From: Promethearchaeota archaeon
Lineage (GTDB): Archaea; Asgardarchaeota; Lokiarchaeia; Sigyniarchaeales; SOKP01
Reading direction: 5' to 3'
Length of the DNA: 41,648 bases
Assembly (NCBI GenBank): GCA_030599585.1
Contig: JAUVNS010000026.1
Location: forward strand, 1-41,648
The position numbers and the translations under genes are program-made. The notes under the pieces were generated by a model. That model was not told the DNA's origin, searched no databases, and saw nothing but the letters and a program-made list of their open reading frames with translations. Of this stretch, positions 8,758 through 16,041 are shown one piece after another. The first letter of the stretch is position 1. The number at the start of each line of letters is the position of its first letter.

Positions 8758-8967
8758 TTAATTTTTTTTAATAGTTTTTTTATGCGAACATCTTTTACAG
8801 AGCAACGATATGTGGTCGTAACCCTCTTTTAAGAACAATCTGTGCCTTTTTGTTTCGCATTGATAACAAGCTTTCTTTAGCAAAAAATAATTCAGAGTAA
8901 AGAATTTAGAGCGATTTTTTCTCACGCTGCTCATACTAATTTTTTCTGCCTGTAAATATTTAAACAA
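8758..8967 (-). CDS. Small basic zinc-ribbon protein
   Basis: CYQC...CKRC pair. The start is uncertain (the ATG of MSSVRK is plausible). Confidence 0.45.
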   Translation of the reverse strand: MFKYLQAEKISMSSVRKNRSKFFTLNYFLLKKACYQCETKRHRLFLKEGYDHISLLCKRCSHKKTIKKN

Positions 8968-9096
8968 AAATTTCTTATAACGTTAAAAAACCCAAAACAT
9001 TTCAAAATTCCAGAAATCATTAATTTCGAGAAGTAATAGACTTTTTAAGGCTAAGGTGCGTATAATTCTTTAACCAAAATTCAAATTAAAACCCAA

Positions 9097-11064
9097 ATGC
9101 AAAATATACGAGATGAAAATCACGTGGGAAAACAGTTAAAATTGTTTGAATCCGTAAACCCAAAAGAGAAATCCACAACACCAACCCAGAATCGAATAAA
9201 AGAGCTTCAAGAACTAATAGAATATCACCAACACCTTTATTACAACGCCCAGCCAGAAATTAGCGACGAAGAGTTTGACAGGCAATGGGACGAGTTAAAA
9301 GTTCTTGATCCGAATAACGAGGTATTTTCTAAGATCGGAGCAGATTTTGATACAACGTTTAACAAGATTCGGCACGTAATCCCGATGAACTCTCAAGCTA
9401 AAGTGACTAATTCTTCAGAATTTAACAAATGGGCAAGAAAAGTGAACTACGATTTATTTATCACCCAATTCAAGTTAGACGGGATAAGCGTAGAGCTTCA
9501 ATACGTTAAAGGGAAATTTAAATACGGAGTGACTCGAGGAGATGGCTTAGTAGGTGACGATATTTCAAACAACGCCAAAAAGATGAAATTTTTTGTCCCT
9601 GAAGTGAACCTTGAGTTTACAGGGGCAGTAAGAGGAGAAATAATATTAACCAAATGTATCTTTAATAAAAATTATCCCGAAGCGAAGAACAGCAGAAACA
9701 TGGCGAGCGGAATAACTAAAAGAAAAGACGGAAAAGGAAGCGAAGACTTAACTATCTTAACCTACGACGCTATAAGCAAGAATCCCGACTACAAGTTCAA
9801 AAACGAGAGAGAAAAAATAGAATGGTTAAAAGTAAACCAATTTAAAGTCGTTAGGACGTATTTTTTCAAATCTATTGACGAAGTGGTAAGTTTTAGGGAC
9901 GAGGTGATGACCTCAATGAGAGAACAGCTTAATTACGATATAGACGGTTTGGTAATAAAAGGGAAAGAAATTGACTTGGAAGATATGAAGCGAGCAAGAC
10001 CGATCAAGCAGATTGCGTTCAAATTTGACTCCGAAGAAGTAGAATCAACCGTAATAGATTTAGAGTGGAGCGAGTCTGGTGCCAATTACACGCCTATCGG
10101 TATCATCGAGCCAGTATTAATTGCCGGGACTACGGTCAAGAGAGCGAGTTTAGCCAACCCTAACTTAGTAAGGGAGCTAAACTTAAAGATTGGCTCGAAA
10201 GTAATCGTTTCTAAAAGGGGTGACATCATCCCCAAGATCGAAAGAATTATCCACACACCAGCAGATGCGAAAAAAATTCAATACCCTTCCACATGCAACG
10301 CCTGTAATACTCCATTAGTGGACGAAGGAACTCGACTGTATTGTCCTAACAAAGAATGTCCCAAAAGAGCGTATCACAGACTTCTTAGGTGGATTAAAAA
10401 GCTCGACGTGAAAAATTTCGGCGAACTCATTCTAAAACAACTGTTTAGCTCTGGAAAAGTCAAGAAAATAGCCGACTTATATGACCTAAAGGTATCAGAC
10501 CTTACCAAATTAGATCGAGTTGGCGAGCGATCGGCTCAGAAAGCATTAAATAACTTACTTGCGGTAAAACAAATCCCTCTGGCAAAATTTGTAGGTGGAT
10601 TCGACCTCGAAAACATCGGAGAATCGTTAGTGGAAAAAATTGTTCAGGCAGGATACGACACTTTAGAGAAAATTCGAAACGCAACGGTTCACGACCTGAA
10701 ACGGGTAGAGTTATTTGCCGACATTACCGCCAACCAGTTTCACAACGAATTTCACGCCCTATATTTTGACATGATAGAAGTATTAAAAACAAATAAAATT
10801 AAAATAAGGAGTAGAAAAATGGGAAGCAACAAGTTAGACGGAAAGAGTTTTTGTTTTACTGGACCGCTAGTACATTTTAAACCGCGAAGCAAAGCACAAG
10901 AAAGCGTTATTGAGAACGGTGGAACTGTTAAAAACGGCGTTGTCGGTAGTTTAGATTTCTTAGTAACTAATTCGGACACCCCTACGAAAAAATACCTAAA
11001 AGCTCAAAGCCAAGAAAATACCAAAATTATTTCCGAAGAAGAATACCTTAAAATGATTGAATAA
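9097..11064 (+). CDS. ligA: NAD-dependent DNA ligase (bacterial-type LigA)
   Basis: Domain Ia YY...PEISDEEFD, adenylation motif KLDG, TRGDG, DGLVIK, AFKF, RGDIIP, Zn finger CNAC...CPNKEC, HhH repeats and a C-terminal BRCT (FCFTG). Confidence 0.95.
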   Translation: MQNIRDENHVGKQLKLFESVNPKEKSTTPTQNRIKELQELIEYHQHLYYNAQPEISDEEFDRQWDELKVLDPNNEVFSKIGADFDTTFNKIRHVIPMNSQAKVTNSSEFNKWARKVNYDLFITQFKLDGISVELQYVKGKFKYGVTRGDGLVGDDISNNAKKMKFFVPEVNLEFTGAVRGEIILTKCIFNKNYPEAKNSRNMASGITKRKDGKGSEDLTILTYDAISKNPDYKFKNEREKIEWLKVNQFKVVRTYFFKSIDEVVSFRDEVMTSMREQLNYDIDGLVIKGKEIDLEDMKRARPIKQIAFKFDSEEVESTVIDLEWSESGANYTPIGIIEPVLIAGTTVKRASLANPNLVRELNLKIGSKVIVSKRGDIIPKIERIIHTPADAKKIQYPSTCNACNTPLVDEGTRLYCPNKECPKRAYHRLLRWIKKLDVKNFGELILKQLFSSGKVKKIADLYDLKVSDLTKLDRVGERSAQKALNNLLAVKQIPLAKFVGGFDLENIGESLVEKIVQAGYDTLEKIRNATVHDLKRVELFADITANQFHNEFHALYFDMIEVLKTNKIKIRSRKMGSNKLDGKSFCFTGPLVHFKPRSKAQESVIENGGTVKNGVVGSLDFLVTNSDTPTKKYLKAQSQENTKIISEEEYLKMIE

Positions 11065-11527
11065 CCCTTTAAATTATCTTTTTTTTCTTTTTTTCTAATT
11101 ATTAATTATTTCAAATCTAAAAAACTTCTAACCTTTTTTTAAGATAATCTAATATCCCTAACCATTCGTAAGATTACCTAAAGTATTATTTTTTCCAATT
11201 TGAAATTAGTAAATTCCCAAAGTCTTACCTTTCTTAAGCGATTTATTCCTATTTTTTATTGGTTAATATAGAATCTCTTAACTCGAGATTTTTGTCGTTC
11301 TTCTTCTTTAATTTTTAGAGGTTCTAAAAACCCTCTCTTTTTATCTTTAGAAGATACTGCAACCCTCTTAATATACACGATTTAGGACGGAAGTTTTTTT
11401 CTTACTAATTGACTACTCGATCAATAATGTTTAATTAAGACTGTCGTGTTGAAAATTAGTAAACTAAACCCCATTGTTTGTATAAATACCTCGCAAAAAC
11501 TAATAATCGTGTCCTTCACTGATTATC

Positions 11528-11575
11528 GGATTTAGGAGAGTCTCTCACTACTCTCCTCGATCCTCGCCCTCACCC
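11528..11575 (+). other. GC-rich hairpin plus TCGCCCTCACCC motif followed by a T-run
   Basis: AGGAGAGT 11534-11541 pairs with ACTCTCCT 11550-11557, extended by GGAT/ATCC. The motif is related to 4584-4599 and 8571-8600. Confidence 0.35.
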
Positions 11576-11644
11576 TTTTTTTGACGCAATTCATTAATCC
11601 GATTACTTCCTTTGTCTTTTATAATTGATAAATCCTACCTATCT

Positions 11645-11662
11645 TACCAAAACCAAAAAAAA
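11645..11662 (+). promoter_or_regulatory. Shared upstream motif TACCAAAACCAAAAAAAA
   Basis: Exact 18-bp match to 13527-13544; begins 31 nt upstream of ATG 11676. Confidence 0.5.
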
Positions 11663-11675
11663 TGCCTGATTAAAA

Positions 11676-12053
11676 ATGTTAGAATTAGCAAATTTAGAAG
11701 AACAAAAACGCGATCCAACCCCTGAGAACTACCAAGTCAAACAGTTAAAAAATATGACCTTTATCGGTCTTTTGAACTCTTTTAATTCCGCCCACGACAC
11801 GCTAGCAAAACTAAAAGAGCAGGGATCGATAGACATTTTGACGGTCAAAAACGACTTGACCAGAGCAAAAGAGCAAGTGTTCAAGATTTACAAATTAATT
11901 GACTCCATTTTAAAATCCTACCAAGACGGTTTTAACATCGAAACTGATACGATGAAGTGCGATTTTTGCCCAGAAGTCGCGAACACTTATAGAGAATTCC
12001 ACAAATGGTGCAAAGATTGTTTTTCTCGAGAATTTGGAGGTAAGGTAAAATGA
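11676..12053 (+). CDS. Hypothetical helical protein with C-terminal Zn finger
   Basis: CDFC...CKDC; preceded by the island upstream motif. Confidence 0.7.
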   Translation: MLELANLEEQKRDPTPENYQVKQLKNMTFIGLLNSFNSAHDTLAKLKEQGSIDILTVKNDLTRAKEQVFKIYKLIDSILKSYQDGFNIETDTMKCDFCPEVANTYREFHKWCKDCFSREFGGKVK

Positions 12054-12310
12054 ACCAGAGCAAGACAGAGAATTTGTCCTTTTTTTATCATAATTTCTTT
12101 TCTTTCTTGTCTTTTTTTAGGTAATATTTCTACCCCCACAGTGAGTTTGTGATATTTTTTATTGTCCACTCGTGTAATTTCAGCCTTAATTTCCTTATTT
12201 ACGATTAAAAATTTTTCTGTTTTCATCGACATTTCTATAATTTTTACACAAATTAGAAAATTATCGACCAGACGGTATTTAATATCGAAATCTTCTGTTT
12301 ACGATATATT

Positions 12311-12928
12311 ATGAAGGATTTACGCAAAGCTTTAGTAATCAATGGCTGTTCTCAGAGTAAGCAATCCCAACCAGCCCCAGCCAGAGAATTTTATACAGGG
12401 CAACTATTCCGAATGGTAAGAAAATTCTCAGAACTACACGAATTTGACCAAAAAATATTGTCGGGCAAGTACGGTTTGCTTAGTATGAGCGATCTGGTCG
12501 ATCCCTACGATTTGAAAATCAGCACCAAAGCCGACGTCAAAAGAGTGCAAGACAAGTGCCTCTACCGACTCGTGGAACTACACAAAGCCTACGATACGAT
12601 TATTGTTATCTTAGGGAAAAAGTATCGAGAGGTAATTTCGCCTATTTTAGACTCAAAATGCTTGGTCGCGTTCAGTAAGAAGGGAATTTTTGGCTACTAT
12701 TCGCTAATCGCAAAACTTAACCAACTATCAAGACCTCAAGCCTTAGAAGATTTGTCCAGATTTCGAGTTGTTGAGTGTGTTTATTCTGAAGTTGATGATA
12801 ATTATCCCCGAACGTGCTATTTTTGTCATTTTCAGAGTAAAAACAAGTGTATTTGGAACCTTGAATCTCAAATAACTCAATCGCAACTTCCAGCCCAAAT
12901 AAAAACAACCAGCGAGGGAGAATTTTAA
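12311..12928 (+). CDS. DUF6884-like protein with C-terminal Cys cluster
   Basis: GCSQSK...PAREFYTGQLF...ILSGKYGL...PYD pattern; C-terminal CYFC...C. Confidence 0.7.
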   Translation: MKDLRKALVINGCSQSKQSQPAPAREFYTGQLFRMVRKFSELHEFDQKILSGKYGLLSMSDLVDPYDLKISTKADVKRVQDKCLYRLVELHKAYDTIIVILGKKYREVISPILDSKCLVAFSKKGIFGYYSLIAKLNQLSRPQALEDLSRFRVVECVYSEVDDNYPRTCYFCHFQSKNKCIWNLESQITQSQLPAQIKTTSEGEF

Positions 12929-12931
12929 ATT

Positions 12932-13474
12932 ATGACTTATCAAACAAAAATCACAGGACAGAAAAAACTAAAAAAACTAAAGAGGTTAAAGATTAATAGC
13001 GTTAGAAGAGCTTTACTAAGGACTATCAAACAAGACATTTTTAGTAGAGTTATCAAGGAGTTGAAAGCCAATTCTTATTATGATTTCGGGGACTACAAAA
13101 GATGTTATCCAGACAATCCTCAATCAATTACTAAGGGGTTTTTTCAGATGGAAATTAACCATCAATACGATAACACTTTTTTGTTTCAAATAGAGGCAGT
13201 GGAAGGGGATTTTAGAATGAACACTAACTACTTACACTTTTACTACATTTTTGAAGACGAGAAAGCGTTATGGTTTCACGTAAAAGACTTTTTTTCTAAG
13301 CATACCGATTTGGAGTCGTTATCGCAAAGTGTTTACAAAAAGTTTGGTTTTTTAACCCCAAAAGAAGGATCCACGTTATTTGACCATTACAGCCTACTTA
13401 AAGACGATCTACCCGATGGTCAAACCTTTGAGGATTTTATCGAGGATCTGGATTCTTTTCTAAAAAAAAATTAA
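12932..13474 (+). CDS. Hypothetical protein (180 aa)
   Basis: Starts 3 nt after the DUF6884-like gene with GGAG upstream; probably co-transcribed. Confidence 0.7.
   Translation: MTYQTKITGQKKLKKLKRLKINSVRRALLRTIKQDIFSRVIKELKANSYYDFGDYKRCYPDNPQSITKGFFQMEINHQYDNTFLFQIEAVEGDFRMNTNYLHFYYIFEDEKALWFHVKDFFSKHTDLESLSQSVYKKFGFLTPKEGSTLFDHYSLLKDDLPDGQTFEDFIEDLDSFLKKN
13092..13127 (+). repeat. 36-bp imperfect direct repeat, copy 1
   Basis: 32/36 identical to 15911-15946. Confidence 0.75.
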
Positions 13475-13526
13475 CTACCGCCTGAAATTCTAACTCTATT
13501 TTTTTTATTTTTATATTCCAAACCGA

Positions 13527-13544
13527 TACCAAAACCAAAAAAAA
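13527..13544 (+). promoter_or_regulatory. Shared upstream motif TACCAAAACCAAAAAAAA
   Basis: Exact match to 11645-11662; begins 34 nt upstream of ATG 13561; preceded by a T-rich terminator-like tract. Confidence 0.5.
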
Positions 13545-13560
13545 AAATTACCTAAAAAAA

Positions 13561-14160
13561 ATGCCAAACCAAAAATTAGACCATGATAAGAAGAAAGCCC
13601 TCGTAATACTAGATTTTGATGGGACTATTTTTTATAATCCTACTAGCAATTTCTCTTTAAACATTCCTTTAGACTATATTATAGACGCGTACACTTTTTT
13701 TAACGAGTTTACTTTTCAAACCAATGAGACTATTTCAAACAAGACCGAGTTTGTGTTGATCACTGGGAGGAGCCAAGAACAAGAAGCGTACATTAAGCAC
13801 CTATTAGAGACTAGAGGATTTAGAATTGACCAAAGTTTCTTTAACCAGATGGGGATAACAACCGCTATTGACGAGAGTTCGTTTTTAATTAAATATTGGA
13901 CTGCAAAAGTAAAATTAATTAACGAGTTCAGGTTAAACAAAGAGTATAAGTCAATTATAGTGATAGAGGACAGCCATGTAATTTGCTCCATGCTCCAGAA
14001 GTTAAACTTTAAGGTGTATCAGGCAGAAATTACCAAATACAGCCCCACCCAAACGCTAACCGTTAGATTTCGCCCTCCACAAACACGATCCATGACAGAA
14101 CTCGAAACCTTGCTTAAACCTCGTGAGAAACAAAACGAATCCTTAATAGAAATAGTCTAA
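13561..14160 (+). CDS. Capless HAD phosphatase (Swiss-Army-Knife RNA-repair/PNKP-C-like)
   Basis: LDFDGTIF, LITGR, a conserved K and VIEDS correspond to HAD motifs I-IV. Confidence 0.7.
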   Translation: MPNQKLDHDKKKALVILDFDGTIFYNPTSNFSLNIPLDYIIDAYTFFNEFTFQTNETISNKTEFVLITGRSQEQEAYIKHLLETRGFRIDQSFFNQMGITTAIDESSFLIKYWTAKVKLINEFRLNKEYKSIIVIEDSHVICSMLQKLNFKVYQAEITKYSPTQTLTVRFRPPQTRSMTELETLLKPREKQNESLIEIV

Positions 14161-14386
14161 TAACCGAAGAATAATTTTTCTTTTTTTTTTACTTACTTTT
14201 ACTACTGGGATTAAAAATTGATTGACTGAAGTCAGTAAAGTCTTCGGAATAACAATAAGTATTATCTTATTCAGCCAATTTGCTTTACTTATTTAATTAT
14301 TCAGTAAATCTAAGGACTCATAAGACATAAATTCGAATCAAATAATTCTTATTATAACCAAAATCAAAAAGAAGTGAACATAAAAA

Positions 14387-14899
14387 ATGGAATCGAGTAA
14401 TAAAATCAGAAAAGAATCCGATAAAAAAGAAAATTTCGTTACCTTCCACTGCACAATAGAAGAACACCTTAAGCCACCCGAAAAGATCAAAATGAAATCA
14501 ATAACCTTCGATGACGGCGAAGGAAGCACCCACAATTCTTATCCTATTACTTTTACCACGTGGGAAGAGGCAAACGATTACCTATGGAAAAAGTCTTTCG
14601 AACACGGTTATTATTTAAAACAAGAATTCACCATCGAATACGAAAACGGGGAAAAATATACTGGAAAATACGACGTATACACCAGAGAATCAGATAAAAA
14701 AGAAAGAGCAGATTTAGGTGCACACGTGATGACGCACAACTTATTTTATTCGGGAAGGCAAACGCCTCACTACATGGACAAGGAGAGCGTGGAAGGAATC
14801 TTAGCGGGAACGAAGCCAGAAGTAAAACAAGCGTGTGCCGATTTTATAGACCGCTACGAGGTTAAGGTTATGAATCAGAGCAACATTTTCTATTGTTAA
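14387..14899 (+). CDS. LPD25-like (large polyvalent protein-associated) domain protein
   Basis: FTTWEEANDYL...GYYLKQEFTIEYENGEKYTGKYDV resembles the LPD25 pattern as recalled; not searched. Confidence 0.5.
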   Translation: MESSNKIRKESDKKENFVTFHCTIEEHLKPPEKIKMKSITFDDGEGSTHNSYPITFTTWEEANDYLWKKSFEHGYYLKQEFTIEYENGEKYTGKYDVYTRESDKKERADLGAHVMTHNLFYSGRQTPHYMDKESVEGILAGTKPEVKQACADFIDRYEVKVMNQSNIFYC

Positions 14900-14965
14900 T
14901 TTTTATTTTTTTTTATTTTTACGTTTTAAATCCAAAACCAAATACAAAAAAAGAGAGAAAAAAAT

Positions 14966-15823
14966 ATGGGAGAAAAAGTACAGGCAATCAAAAAAAGTTT
15001 TTTTCCACACAGCGACTTTACGGAAGACCTCAACCTCTTAAGCAACATAAAAATCCCCAAAAAATATCAATACATTTTAAAAAAAATTAAGACGGGAACT
15101 TTCGCGAAAACCATAACAAACGCCGAAAAAAACCTAATGGAACAAAATTTTAAATTCCAATTGGACGTGTTTAACGCCCCTGCAAACGACTCTTACCAAA
15201 AAGAACTAAATAACACGACGAAAAGAATCGCTAAAATTTTGGGCTTAAACGAAATTGAAGAGCGGTTGAGGGTTCTTAAAATGATAAAATTACTTTCTTT
15301 TGACGACATCGAATCCTCAGTAAAACACTTAAACGACGATAGAAAAGAAATCGAGCTAAAAATCAGAAAAATTAAGAAAGAGACCGCGGAAAATTCAACT
15401 CAGAGAGAGCTAATAATAAAAAAAATAGAAAAGTTAGAACAAGACCGAAATAACATTGTTAAATTAATTATGAACGCCCCTAAGAGAGAAAATTACCAAA
15501 AAAGAAAACAACTTTTTGAAGAGAGGATCGAAAAATACCACAAGGAGATGTATAGATTTTGCTTAGATTTTATAGACGCAGTAAACGAAGATTTAACGCC
15601 TATCAAAGAAAAAAATGGTTTTAGCGAGCTATACCTCAATTATGACCTCACTTTAACCATCCAAAAGAAAGAAAAGCATAAAATAGTTGTAGAAAAGAAA
15701 GAACACACCACAAACTTAAAGGTGTATAAGTTTGAGCAATTAGACAAAGATACAAAGCCAGAAATTTTAAAGATAATTAGGCAAAATTTCAAGAGAGAAT
15801 ATCTAAAAGAAAATTTGAAGTGA
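14966..15823 (+). CDS. Coiled-coil hypothetical protein
   Basis: K/E-rich heptad-like central region; island motif upstream. Confidence 0.7.
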   Translation: MGEKVQAIKKSFFPHSDFTEDLNLLSNIKIPKKYQYILKKIKTGTFAKTITNAEKNLMEQNFKFQLDVFNAPANDSYQKELNNTTKRIAKILGLNEIEERLRVLKMIKLLSFDDIESSVKHLNDDRKEIELKIRKIKKETAENSTQRELIIKKIEKLEQDRNNIVKLIMNAPKRENYQKRKQLFEERIEKYHKEMYRFCLDFIDAVNEDLTPIKEKNGFSELYLNYDLTLTIQKKEKHKIVVEKKEHTTNLKVYKFEQLDKDTKPEILKIIRQNFKREYLKENLK

Positions 15824-15910
15824 GAAGGGCAAAGAATGAGCGAAAACCAAGATTTTAAACTTTCTTTAACACCAATTTTAACGAGAAAAAATCAAACTTG
15901 CTATGAAGAC

Positions 15911-15946
15911 ACTACGAAAGGTGTTATCTAGATAATCCTCAATCAA
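15911..15946 (+). repeat. 36-bp imperfect direct repeat, copy 2 (remnant of 12932..13474 paralog)
   Basis: Reads YERCYLDNPQS versus YKRCYPDNPQS in copy 1; lies at the apparent island edge. Confidence 0.7.
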
Positions 15947-16041
15947 ATGCATTATGGTTGGTTTTATTTATATTAATTCATTTAAAAAAATAATATTTTA
16001 ATTCTAATGAAATATTTACCGTCATTATACTTGTTTTTTCG

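Noticed and set aside
11987-12232. Minus-strand 81-aa ORF and the short plus-strand ORF at 12050
   Set aside because: The 81-aa ORF overlaps 11676..12053, the 12050 ORF is only 24 codons, and neither has motifs. They cannot be supported, although the minus ORF is not excluded.
13092-15946. Diversity-generating retroelement TR/VR pair
   Set aside because: Only 36 bp long, mismatches are both A/G and C/T rather than adenine-specific, and there is no reverse transcriptase in the window.
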